Source of the DNA: the human T2T-CHM13v2.0 reference genome, Homo sapiens
Length of the DNA stretch: 64,000 bases
Strand: one strand, 5' to 3'
Assembly (NCBI RefSeq): GCF_009914755.1
Contig: NC_060934.1
Made by a program: the position numbers and the translations under genes. Under the pieces are notes generated by a model that did not search any database, was not told where the DNA came from, and worked only from the letters and a program-made list of their open reading frames with translations. Below are positions 44,569 through 58,250 of this stretch, one piece after another; the first letter of the stretch is position 1; each line of letters starts with the position of its first letter.

Positions 44569-45754
44569 GGGTTGTTGTTTTTTTTATGTTTATGTTCCCT
44601 AGTATGTGGCATCCATAATTCCGCATGGTTCTTTGAGCCACCTCATAGACATACAGTTAGCCAAGGCTATTCCATTTCAGTAGTTTTTTCAGTTTCAGCT
44701 TGGTTCTCTGAGCAGCTATAGTTGCAGCTTCAATTTTCCTAGTAGCTTATCTTTCACCTTTGGTTTGAAATTGAGAAAGGCCAATTTGTCTGATTGGAGA
44801 AATTCCACCTGCTCTGGTTCCTAGACAGGAAGGAGCAAACTATGACCCATCAATGAGCAATATGAAGGTTCTGGACTGGTTTCCACTAAGTTTTCTGATC
44901 TGTTTGCTAGTGCAGAAATGGATGAGAGTTACTTTTCAGTTTCCTGCTTATAAGGAATGTTAATATGAGTTTCAAGTCAATCCACTGGTGGATCTATATA
45001 TTTTCCTTAGAGAGCTTTAGAAGGGCTCACTAAATAATATTCTTTTCCACCCATCAATCTGTGTTAGGAAGATGTATGACTGGTATCTAAGGCGCTGTCA
45101 GTGTGTTATTTTCCATGTTCCTCTCACATGTCAAATATAAAAATACAACCTGTCAGTGTAAGTGTGATATGGGGCATTGTTCACAGGGACTGTGAAAAAT
45201 CCTGTAGCGCTCCCTGATTCATCATTTCAACAACCTAATCATTTCATAGCCCCATCTAAACAAAACAGTTAAGGGCATTCCAACTTAGAGGGTACTGAAT
45301 CAGGCTCGATTCAGAAAGGAAGGAAAAATCCTAAAGAAAAAAATGTTCTAGAGAAAATAAGAGAAGCCTTGTCTTCGTCTCCAATTTCATAGTTACTGAT
45401 CTTTTTCCGAAGGTTGTTTATCAGTTAATTATTCTCCACTGCAACTTGCACCCTGACATTTTGCCGAAGTGGCCGGGAGGCCTCGTTAAATCAGAATTTC
45501 TACTTTCGGCTCACCTGTCACAGCTAAAGGCTCCCTCAAATGCATTGACATCGATTAATATTTAATGATTGAATAGTAGAAATATTGGCTCAGCACTTTT
45601 TTCTTTTTTTCTCTTGAATTGAAAAAAGAGCTTTTAGAATGGATTCTACTTTATATATACCCAGCTCTAAATTTTTACGATGAGAAATTTATGTTTCCCT
45701 AGAAAAGGAAAATGACAGTTTGTGCTCCAGGAAAAAGGCTTTACTGCAATGGAG

Positions 45755-45990
45755 AGAACTAACATTTAATGAACACCTGGTCTGTGCTAGGTAGTGTATG
45801 AAGTAGTTTTCATAGTTCATCTCTAATACAGCACCACTACAAGGTGGATATCATTATTTTTATTGTACAAATAAGGAAACAGGCTCAGAGAAGTTAGTGA
45901 ACTTGCCTGAGGTCCTATATTCAAAGGCACAGTCAGTATTTGGATCATGAGTTGTTTGGTTAAACCGTTGATACTCTTGAAACAATTGTT
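45755..45990 (-). mobile_element. MIR SINE
   Basis: tacaaataaggaaacaggctcagagaagttagtgaacttgcctgaggtc. Confidence 0.8.
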
Positions 45991-46244
45991 GCTTCCCTGG
46001 GAGACAAGAAACATGAGGCCCATTAAGTCAATGCCATAAGGATTTGACTCCAGCAATCATTTTGGGTCTCTGTGCCTCAGTTTTCCCACCTGCTAAATGG
46101 GCTATAAGGTCAATCTTGAATTCTAGTTTGGGCTCTTTTAGGAAAATTTTATTCCAGGACAAGTAATAAAGTATATAAAAATGCTAGGAAAAATTACAAT
46201 ATGTATAGGACACATTTTCAGGGAGATCTATTGTCATAACAATG

Positions 46245-46520
46245 GCAGTGCAGAAGGAGTGTGCAAAAGGGAAAGAGTGGGCTTTGGATTCCAACAAAGC
46301 TAGATGAAGTCCTGCTTCTGTTACCCATTAGTGCAGTCACCTGGGGCATGTTTTGTAACCTCTTCAAGGCTGTCTTTCCTCACCAATGAAAGAGGGATAA
46401 TAATCCTTTCTTCTCGTATTTTTGTGAAACATAGAGGAGAGAAAGTATTTAAGGGGCTTAAAATCATGTTTGGCACATAGAAGCCACCTGTGAAATCACA
46501 GATTGGTGTTATTGTTAATA
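46245..46520 (+). mobile_element. MIR SINE
   Basis: aaagagtgggctttggattcc...gggataataatc...tggcacatagaag. Confidence 0.75.
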
Positions 46521-49500
46521 TTAATATTGTTGTTATTATTATTATTGAAAAGGACATATCCATTATATCAACTTTCTTTTTTATTTCCAACTTTTATTTT
46601 AAGTTCAGAGATACATGGGCAGGATGTGCAGATTTGTTACATAGGTAAACGTGTGTCTTGAGGGTTGGTTGCACAGATTATTTTATCACCCAGATATTAG
46701 CCTAGTATCCATTATTTTTCCTGCTTCTTTCCCTCCTCCCACCCCCCACCTTCCAATAGGCTCCAGTGTATGTTGTTTCCCCCATGTGTCCATGCGTTCT
46801 CATCATTCAGCTCTCACTTATAAGTGAGAACATGCAATATTTGGTTTTCTGTTCCTGTTTTAGTTTGTTAAGGATAATGACCTCCAGCTCCATCCATGTC
46901 CCTGCAAAGGACATGATCTCATTTCTTTTTATGGCTGCATAGTATTCCATGGTGTATATGGACCACATTTTCTTGATGCAATCTATCATTGATGGGCATT
47001 TAGGTTGATTCCATGTCTGCTATTGTGAATAGTGCTGCAATGAATATATACATGCATGTATCTTTATAATAGAATGATTTCAATTTATATTCCTTTGTGT
47101 TTACAGCCAGTAATGGGATGGCTGAGTCAAATGTTATTTCTGCCTCTAGGTCTTTGAGGAATTGCCATACTGTCTTCCACAATGGTTGAACTAATTTACC
47201 CTCCCACCAACAGTATAAAAGCATTCCTTTTTCTCCACAACCTTGCCAGCATCTGTAGTTTTTTGACATTTAATAACCACCATTCTGACTAGTGTGAGAT
47301 GGTATCTCACTGTGGTTTTGATTCGCATTTCTCTAACAATCAGTGACATTGAGTTTTTTTCATGTTTGTTGGTCACATGTATGTCTTCTTTTGAGAAGTG
47401 TCTGTTCTTTCCCTTTGCCCACTTTTTAATTTTCTTTTCTTGTAAATTTAAGTTCCTTATAGATCCTAGATATTAGACCTTTTTCAGATGGATAGACAGC
47501 AAAAATTTTCTCCCATTCTGTAGGCTGTGTATTTACTCTGCTGATTCTTCTGCTGTGCAGAAGCTCTTTAATTAGATCCCCTTTGTTAATTTTTGCTTTT
47601 GTTGCAATTGCTTTTGGCATCTCCATCATGAAATCTTTGCCTGTGCCTATGTCCTGAATGGTATTACCTAGGTTTTCTTCTAGGGTTTTTATAGTTTTGG
47701 GTTTCACATTTAAGTCTTTAATCCATCTGGAGTTGATTTTTGTATATGGTGTAAGGACGGGGTCCAGTTTCTATTTTCTGCATACGGCTAGCCAGTTTTC
47801 CCAGCACCATTTATTAAATAGGGACTCCTTTCCCCATTGCTTTTGTCAGGTTTGTCAAGGATCAGATGGTTGTAGGTGTGCAATCTTATTTCTGAGTTCT
47901 CTATTCTGTTCCACTGGTCTATATGTCTGTTCTTGCACCAGGACCATGCTGTTTTGGTTACTGTAGCCCTGTAGTATAGTTTGAAGTCAGGTAGTATGAT
48001 ACTTGCCCCTTTATTCTTTTTGTTTAGGATTGCCTTGGCTATTCAGGCTTTATTTTTGGTTCCGTATGAATTCTTTAAAAAGTTATTTTCTAATTCTGTG
48101 AAGAATGTCAATGGTAGTTTAATGGGAATAGCACTGAATCTATAAATTACTATTGAACAGTATGGCCATTTTCACAATTTTGATTTTTCCTATTAATGAG
48201 CATGGAATGTTTTTCCATTTGGTTGTGTAATCTCTGGTTTCTTTGAGCAGTGCTTTGTAGTTCTCTTTGAAGAGACTCTTCACTTCCCTTGTTTGGTTTA
48301 TCCCTAGGTATTTTGTTCTTTTTGTGGCAATTGTGAATGGGAGTTCCTTTGCGATTTGGCTCTGGGTTTGCCTGTTGTTAGTATACAGGAATACTAGTAA
48401 TTTTTGTACATTGATTTTGTATCCTAAGACTTTGCTAAAGCTGTTTATCAGCTAAAGAAGCTTTGGGGCTGAGATGATGGGGTTTTCTGGATATAGGATC
48501 ATGTCATCTCCAAAAACTAAAATAGTTTGTTTGACTTTCTCTCTTGCTATTTGAATATTCTTTATTTCTTCCTCTTGCCTGAATAGGAGTGGTGAGAGAG
48601 AGTAACTTTGTCTTGTGCGGTTCTCTAGTTCTTTCAGTTGTGATGTTAGGTTATTAACTTGAGATCTTTCTAGATTTTTATGTGGGCATTTAATGGTATG
48701 GATTTCCCTCTTAGTACTGCTTTAGCTGCATCCCAGGAATTCTGGTACGTTGTCTCTCTGTTCTCATTAATTTCAAAGAACTTTTTGATTTCTGCCCTGA
48801 TTTCATTATTTACCCAAAAGTCATTCAGGAGCAGGTTATTCAATTTCCATGTAGTTGTATGGTTTTGAGTGAATTTTTAAGTCTTGAGTTCTAATTTGAT
48901 TGTGCTGTGGTTTGAGAGACTGTTATAATTTCAGTTCTTTTCCTTTTGCTGAGAGTTGTTTTACAGTGATTACATGATCAATTTTAGATTAGATGACATG
49001 TGGTGAAGAAAATGTATACTCCGTTGTTTTTGGGTGGAGAATTCTGTAGATATCTATCAGGTCCACCTGATCCAGAGCTGAGTTCAGGTTCTATATATCT
49101 TTGTTAATTTTCTGTCTTGATGAGCTTTCTAATATTGTCAGTGGAGTGTTAAAGTCTCCTGCTATTATTGTGTGGGAATATAAGTTTCTTTGAAGGTCTC
49201 TAAGAACTTGCTTTATGAATCTGAGTGTTCCTGTATTGGGCGCATATATATTTAGGATAGTTAGCTCTTCTTGTTGAATTGAACCCTTTACCATTATATA
49301 ATGCCCTTCTTTGTCTTTTTTTAATCTTTGTTGGTTTAAAGTCTGTTTTGCCAGAAACTAGGATTGCAATCCCTGCTTTTTTTCTGTTTTTGATTTGCTT
49401 AGTAAATTGTCTTCCATCCCTTTATTTTGAGCCTATGTGTGTCTTTGCATGTGAGATGGATATCTTCAAGACAGCAAACTTATGGGTCTTGGTTCTTTAT

Positions 49501-50470
49501 CCAGTTTGCAATTCTGTGCATTTTCATTGGGGCATTTAGCCCACTTACATTTACAGTTAGTATTGTTGTGTGTGGATTTGATTCTGTCATCATGATGCTA
49601 ACTTGTTATTTTGCAGTTGCAAAATATTATGTGGTTGCTTCATAGTGTCACTAGTCTGTGTACTCCAGTTTGTTTTTGTAGTGGCTGGTAATGGTTTTTC
49701 CTTTCCATATTTAGTGCTTCCTTCAGGAGCTCTTGTAAGGCAGGTTTGGTGGTGATGAATTCCCTCAGCATTTGCTTGTCTGAAAAGGATCTTATTTCTC
49801 CTTCACTTGCGAAGCTTAGTTTGGCTGAATATGAAATTCTGGGTTGGAAATTATTTTCTTTATGAATGTTGAACATGGCGCCCAATCTCTTCTGTCTAGT
49901 AAGGTTTCTGTTGAGAGGTCCACTATTAGTTTGATGGGCTTCCCTTTGTAGGTGACCTGGCCTTTCTCTCTGGCTGCCCTTAACATTTTTTCTTTCTCTT
50001 TGACCTTGGAGAATCTGATAATTATGTGTCTTGGGGATAAGCTTCTTGTGTACTATCTTACTGGGGTTATCTGCATTTCCTGAATTTGAATGTTGGCCTG
50101 TCTTGCTAGGCTGGGGAAGTTCTCCTGGATGATATCCTGAAGCATGTTTTCCAAATTGGTTCTATTCTCCCAGTCTCTATCAGGTACACCAATCAGTCAT
50201 AGATTTGCTCTCTTTACATAATCCCATTTTTCTCAGAGGTTTTGTTCGTTCATTTTTTTTCTCTATTCTTGTCTGCCTGTCTTATTTCAGAAAGACAGTC
50301 TTCACCCTCTGAGATTATTTCGTATGCTTGATCTATTCTGCTATTAATACTTGTGATTGCATTGTGAAATTCTTGTAGATTGTTTTTCAGCTCTATTGGG
50401 TTGGATATGTTCCTCTCTAAACTAGCTATTTTGGCTGTCAACTCCTGCATTGTTTTATCACGATTCTTAG

Positions 50471-50770
<300 letters not shown>

Positions 50771-50906
50771 TGAGCCATTTTTGGAGAGATGTTGGAGTCA
50801 TCTCTAGGAAAAGGGACACTTTGGCTTTTTGAGTTTTCAGCATTTTGGCATTAATTCTTGCTCATCTTTGTAGGCTTGTCTACCTTCAATCTTTGAGGTT
50901 GCTGAC

Positions 50907-51452
50907 TGTGATGGTTAATATCAAGTGTCAACTTGATTGTATTGAAGGATGCAAAGTATTGTTCCTGGGTGTGTCTGTGAGGGTGCCACCAAAGGAGATT
51001 AATATTTGAGTTAGTGAACTGGGAGACACAGACCTACCCTCATTGTGGAGGGGCACCATCTAATCAGCAGCCAGCACAGCTAGGATAAAAGTGGGCAGAG
51101 GAATGTGGAAGCACTAGGCTGGCTGAGTCTTCTGGCTCCATCTTTCTCCCATGCTGGATGCTTCCTGTCCTCAAACATCAGACTCCAAGTTCTTCAGTTT
51201 TGGACTCTTGGACCTACACCAGTGGTTTGCAGGGGCTCTCAGGCCTTCAGCCACAAACTGAAGGCTGCACTGTTGGCTTCCCTACTTTTGAGGTTTTGGT
51301 ACTCAAACTGTCTTCCTGGCACCTCAGCTTGCAGGCGGCCTATTGTGGGACTTAACCTTGTGATCATGTGAGTCAATACTCCTTAATAAACTCCCTTTTA
51401 TTATACATCTAACCTATTAGTCCTGTCCCTGTAGAGAATCCTGACTAATACA
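50907..51452 (+). mobile_element. MLT2A (HERV-L) solo LTR
   Basis: tgtgatggttaata..gtgtcaacttgatt..attgaaggatgcaaagtattg ... ctgactaataca. Confidence 0.92.
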
Positions 51453-52822
51453 CTAAAATTCGGATGGTGTTTTTGTGGTTTTTGTTGTTTTCTGTTTGTT
51501 TGTTTTTATTTTAACAGTCTGGCCACTCTTCTGAAGGGCTGCTGCAGTTTGCTGGGGTTCTGCTCCAAACCCTAGTTGCCTCAGCTTTTTCCTATACCTG
51601 GAGGTATCAACAGTGAAGCCTGCAAAACAGCAAAGATGGCAGCCTGCCCCTTCCTCTGGAAGCTCCATCACAGGAGGTTACTGACCTGTCGCTGGCCCAA
51701 ACATGCCTATAGGAGGTGGCTGGAGACTGCAGTTGGGAGGTCCCACCCAGTCAGCAGGAACAGGATCAGGGACATACTTCAAGATGCAGTCTGGTTCTGG
51801 TTGCTTTTTGGTAGAGCAGCCATGCTGCATTGGGGATCTCTTCAACCCCCAATTCGTTTGGGCTCTCCGAGGCCCACAGGCTGGACTGGCTGAGATGCTT
51901 GAACAGCCAAGGTGATGGCCTGCCCCACCCCCTGGGCACTTCATCCCAGGGAGAAATTAGAACTCTGTCAGTTTTAGAACATGGATGGGAGTGGCCAGAG
52001 GCCCTAGCTGGGAGGACCCGCACTGTGAGAAGTGGATTGAGTTCCCGCTTTAAGAAGCAGTCTGGCCACACCTTGACAAAACAGCTGTATTGTGCTGAGG
52101 AACTCCTCTGCGCCTACAGGCTGGAATGGTTGAGTTGTCCAGACAACCAAGGCGGTGGCCCAACCCAACCCCAGGCACTTCATTCCAGGGAGAGATCAGA
52201 GCTCCGTCCATAGAATACGGGTGGGATGGTTTGAGGCCCCAGCTGGGAGGTCCCACTCAGTGAGGAGGAATGGATTGGGGTTCTTCCCTAAAGAAGCAGT
52301 CTGGCCACATTCTGGCAAAGCAGCTGTGCTATGTTGGGGGGACCCTTCCTTATTCAGATTTTTTGGACTCTCCAAAGCATGCAGGCTGGAAGAGCTGAGT
52401 CATCCAAACAACCAAGGTGTCAGCATGCCCTCCTCCTGGGCACTCTGTCCCAGGGAGCAATCAGAGCTCTGTCTGTAGATTATGGGCAGGGATGGCCGAC
52501 AGATCCCACCCAGTGAGGAGGAATGGATGGGGGTCCCACATAAAGAAGCATGTATTAATTTCATAAATGTGCAAGTTCAATTTTATCATTTGTTGATAAA
52601 GATAGACATCTGTCAGAAAAGAAACCACCTATATTACATATAGATGAAGACACAAAGGGGTCATTTCAATGGTTCAATATTGTAAGTACAGTGATAGATT
52701 CAGGAATAGCAGTTTCAATGGGCAGAAATGGGGTGCTTAACTCAGCTCTGAGGGTCAGAAATGCCTTCTGGAAGAACTAGCTGTATTGCCTTTTAAGACA
52801 TAAAGAGGGGTTTCCAGAAGTT

Positions 52823-53440
52823 GTAGATTGCCAGCTGTCTTATAAAGTCTGTTCTTTCCTCTGTGGTGCTAGAGATACAGATTTGCACATAGCTGCCCAG
52901 TATAAAACAAGATTACCCAACCTCTCTTGTAGCTTGATGTGGCCAGTGCAACTGATTTATCATCAATGTGTAATGTGTAAACAATCTGCAGCCATTGATT
53001 AAATGAAATGGTTTATGAATTCTCCTATGAATAAACATTTGAGTTGTTACACACATGACAAAACTATGCAAATTGCATACTTTAAATAGATGCAGTTTAT
53101 TGTATGTAAAGTATACTTTGATAAAGTACAAACAAAATAATAGAAAAAGGAAAGAGCTCACCCTTCAAGTTTTCTCTGCCTTCCTTCCTATGAGCTGAGC
53201 TACAAATGTAACAGTGACTCAGATTTGAACATTAAGTCAAGAACAACATCCTGGGGGAAGACAGAGGTGCAAAATAGCGGGAACCTGGGTCGTGATAAAA
53301 ATCATGGCACAGAACTACCATGGCAGCTTGAAACTCTTATCTTTGGACTGATAGATGAGTGTGAAATCAACATCTATCTTATTTAAGCCATTGTGTTTGG
53401 GGTCTCTTTGTTACAGGATAGTTTGTGCTTTAACTGTACC
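52823..53440 (+). mobile_element. MLT1J-type LTR with an L1M 3' fragment (~53040-53130) inside
   Basis: ctctcttgtagcttgatgtggcca; ggaacctgggtc; tcttatttaagccattgtgtttggggtctctttgttac. Confidence 0.65.
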
Positions 53441-53549
53441 ACACCAGGCAACAATACCTGTATAATAACTTGGCCAATATTTTTGAAAGGATGTTCCCAG
53501 TGCCACCTGCATTAGAATTGCCTGGGCTACACATTAAGAATGCAACACT

Positions 53550-53859
<310 letters not shown>

Positions 53860-53863
53860 TTAG

Positions 53864-53995
53864 GGCTGGCCATGGTGGCTCAAGCCTGTAATCCCAGAAC
53901 TTTCAGAGGCCAAGCCCGGGGGAATCACTTGAGGTCAAGAGTTTCAGACCAGCCTGGTCAACATGGCGCAACCGTGTCTCTACTAAAAAAGAAGA
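53864..53995 (+). mobile_element. FLAM-C / Alu left monomer
   Basis: Single monomer ending tctctactaaaaaagaagaaaa; flanked by aatgcaacatta repeats. Confidence 0.85.
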
Positions 53996-54277
53996 AAAAT
54001 GCAACATTAAACAGCAACATTAAACCAACTCCTTGTGGAAGAGAAACTCAGGAAATCTACATTTTAAACATGCTCTTGAGTGATGCTTGTGCAAACTGAA
54101 GACACAACTATCCTAGTTTATTAGCTTTCTGCTTTTTCAGAATCTGTGGAAAAGTCAGTAGATTGGCATTATCTTTTGATGCAAGTAAAGTTTTATATGA
54201 GAGGACGTAAAAGTAAAGTCAGGAGCATTTTTTCCATAGTTAGAAATCTGTGTAAGAATCACGATTATACCCTTTTA

Positions 54278-54444
54278 GCTTTGCTACTCAAACTTTGATC
54301 TGTGGATAGCAGCCCAAAAATCATATTGGAGCTTTTTAGAAATGCAGCAGCTCAGGCTCCAGTCCAGATCTACTGAGTTAGAGTCTGCATTTTAAGACAA
54401 TCCATAGATGATTCAAAAGCATATTAATCTTTGAAAAGTCTTGT
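54278..54444. mobile_element. MER5A hAT-Charlie MITE
   Basis: ctactcaaa..tagaaatgcag..ctcaggc..ctactgagttagagtctgcatttta. Confidence 0.8.
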
Positions 54445-55325
54445 ATATTCATTGAGGTGAAGAAATAAATCTCTGAACCTTATTGATTGCATTGTGACAT
54501 GCAATCAATAATAGGCGTGGCATTTATGTAAGTGGTGACCATGGTTAGGAATTCAATGGGCAACCTTTAAAATAGTAGCAACAATTCTAGAAGTCAATGC
54601 TTTTTGTGACAGTGATTGTGCCAGATTTATGTACACTTAGGTGTGATGGTCCCTACCCTTGCCATCAGTTGGGCCCATAGTGAATATTCTGAGATTAAAA
54701 ATACCTGGTACTCAGCTCTGGGACCACCTCTATTCCATCATTTCATAAATGTAATCCCTTGTCTGGCTAAACACCCACCAGGTGACTTTCACACTCTTTA
54801 GTAGTAAGAAGGCTCTTCTACCTGTCTTTTCAATTAGATACCTCTTAGTTCACCTTCCCATGGATATTAGGAATTATCTTGCATATTGCCTGTAATTGTG
54901 ACATGACACACAATCAAATGCGCATATCATAGTGTGTCAGTAGATATTCCAAGTACAGTACGTTCAAATTTTCTACTCAGGCAGAGTTATGATCCCTGTC
55001 TTAGAAATAAATGTTGTGGGAGGCTCTTTTATCAGATCTCTGGGTGGTAGGTCCTAATTGCTCTGATTCTATTTAGTAGTTTGGTTTCCTCAGTGAGACT
55101 GAAAGTTCCTTAAAGGCAAATGTCCTCCCTCCCTTTAATAGACTGACCAGGAAGGGACTGGCCTCGCTTGTCACTGGGTGTAAGGCTTGGATGACTGGGG
55201 AAGGATCATTGCAGTTCTCTCTTCCCTTTTCTCACGGTTGGTGCTATTGAAGGATAAATTTAGAAATCTTATTCGGCATTGAGGTGAAGAATATCAACTT
55301 AGTATGAATTAGTCTATAATAATAA

Positions 55326-55694
<369 letters not shown>

Positions 55695-56039
55695 TAAGAA
55701 CTTTACACATAACACCCCATTGAATTCTCCAAAATATCACGATAAATTAAGAAACCAAGGCTCAGAAAAGTTAGGTAATTTGTTCAAGATACCTTAGTCA
55801 GTGAGGTGACCAGCTGGTGTTTGGTTCTGGAATTGTCTGAATCTAAATCCTCTTCTTTTACATACTAAGATCTGACTTCTCCAAACAAGCCATCCAAAAC
55901 CAGGCACACTAAAGCTGATAACCAATTTTGTGGTACAAAGCCAATGAGAATTCAGTGAGTTAAGTAAGAAGTCAGAATAAATCAATGCAAGATGCAAGAT
56001 GGTATGGGTAAAATCCGAAGGTGAAAGTTAATGTTCACA

Positions 56040-56530
56040 TGTAGTGGACACTCACAGGGGTTTGGTTTCCTGGGGTCCATTTCCACCTCTTACCAGCACC
56101 TTAGTTTCTGTGGGGGATTACTTCTTCCCCTTAGCATACTATATGGTGGGACCCTAATCAGGAGCCCTGATGTCCCAGAGAAAAAAAGTAGGCAGGTGAT
56201 CTAAAGCCACCTGGACACTCTCTCCCTAGAATTTGACTCTTGAACAAAATAACAAGCATACAGTGCATGATTAAAGTTTCATTACCCTGGAAGATGACCC
56301 GACTGTTCCTGCTGTGGGTTCATTCCTCTAGTTCCTGCAGTCCTTGATTCTCAGCTTCTAATTTGTCATTTCTCCTGTCACTTTTAAACTTGGTCTCCAA
56401 CTTACCAGTCAACTCTCTGAGCTCCCAGTATCCTTTCAATATATTTCCTCTTACTTAAATGAGCCCAAGTCAATTTCTGTTGATCATACCAAAGAACCCT
56501 GATTGTCACCAAAGAACTCTGATTGACACA
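56040..56530 (+). mobile_element. LTR33-like ERVL LTR
   Basis: tgtagtggacac start; ctcccagtatcctttcaatatatttcct..ttaaat..tttctgttg..accaaagaac end; TG...CA termini. Confidence 0.7.
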
Positions 56531-57279
56531 CTACAGTTGTATTTTATCCACTCTTTGTACCTTTAAGAGTAAGTAGGTCAGGGGTATTTAAGGAGACCTA
56601 CTGGAGACAGAGAAGTGAGATTATATTTGCTCTTCTGTGTCTTCCACACAATACTGAAAAACAATGAGTCTTATTGCTTTATTAGCAGTAAATGAAAGTA
56701 AGTTAACTTCTAGGGAGTAGGTATGAATTTTTTAAAGAAGAGTATGGGGTGAAGCCAGGGAGCTTCAGGTTGAATAGCAAACCTTCTCTACCTAGTATTC
56801 AATGACACACTCTTTAATTTAGTACGTATGTACTTAAAATTTCCTACTCAACAAAGTTTCAATTTTAAAAATATCAAAATAAATACTTAAAAGGCATTTC
56901 AGTGATCTGAAGTAACTTATCCAACAAAATAATCAAAATTGAATTTCTGACCATTGGCTCACACTCTGCATTTTTTCTTCCAGTTGGATATCTGGACAAA
57001 AAGGTCAGTCCTTGAATAATGAGTATAATCGGAGAGTCAGAATAGCATGCAGTGAGGCATAGGAGAAATTTCCTTCTCAGCCAGCAGGATCATTGTGGAT
57101 GAAAGCCTATAAAGTTCTGGGTTAAGACTAGAAACTATGCCTGTCACTGAGTATTTCAGCTGTGATATAAAAAGGAAAGTCAACTTGTATCCAAGCCCAC
57201 AAAAAAAAGGGACTGAAGGCAATTCACATGCTTTGTCTACTGGAGACAGAAATCCATACAAGTCTTTCCTTGTTGAAGG

Positions 57280-58250
57280 AAAAGTAAATACAAAAATAAA
57301 ATTAAATATGAGGGAATATTAAACAGAGTGTATCACAAAGAAAGAGTGCATTAGCTTAAATACATATAAGAGGAACAACCTTCGGAAAATGATTTGTTCC
57401 AGTAAACAAAAGAGAATTTTAGAAAAATGAGTCATTAGCTGTAGAATGCAATACAACCAGACCTTGTGAAAAGCAGAAAATTATAACAAAAACATTGGAT
57501 GAGATGGGAAGGAAGATTCCTTAGTGAACAAAAAGGACTTCAAGAGCACCAAAAATGAAATAGCTGTATAGAAATGAATAGAAGCAAAGAACAGAGTAGA
57601 CACTGTAGAAAAGCAAATCAATGGTGCATTGAACTAACTCTAGAACTCTAACAAAATGCAGAGGGAGGGGATAAAAAGATAAAAATGATGAAGAAAGAGA
57701 TGGTAGCTATATGAGGCAGAGGATGAGAAGAAATCTAATGACTTAACATGTTCAAGAGGAGAAAACCAGAGCAAGTGGAGATGAAGCAATAATCAAAGAC
57801 ATATGGTAAGTAAAAAGCAAATCGTCTGAGTCATACAAAAACTTAAGTATCCAGAACAGAAGGATTCACTGTATGCTAGAAAAAAATCAAAGAGAAGAGA
57901 ACCACATTTGAACATGACTGGCGAAAATGTTTGAATTAGAAGAATAAAAATAAATCCTACATTCTCCCAGGCAGAAAGAAAAATGTAGCCTACAAAGGCT
58001 GACCTTAACCTTTCTGTAATAGCAAATGCCAGAACTGGAGAAAAGTCTTCATTTTTTTGGGAGAAAAGTTTGTAACCCAAGAATTTTAAAGCCATTCAGA
58101 TTGTGTTTCCCATGTGACAGCAACAGAAAGACCTTCACCATTGTTAAAAGGCTCAGAAACAACTCACTAATGGGAACCTTCTTTATTTAGAAATATTATG
58201 TAAAATATACCATGAACATCCAAGAGATGAAAATAATGAAGAAAAATAAA
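57280..58250 (+). mobile_element. HAL1 / old L1 ORF1-like relic
   Basis: agagtagacactgtagaaaagcaaatc, gaagcaataatcaaaga, tgtaacccaagaatttta are ORF1-type motifs. Confidence 0.6.

Noticed and set aside
51735-52550. CRISPR-like or novel repeat array
   Set aside because: Units are long, diverged monomers inside an L1 5'UTR with no repeat-spacer architecture, and the context is eukaryotic
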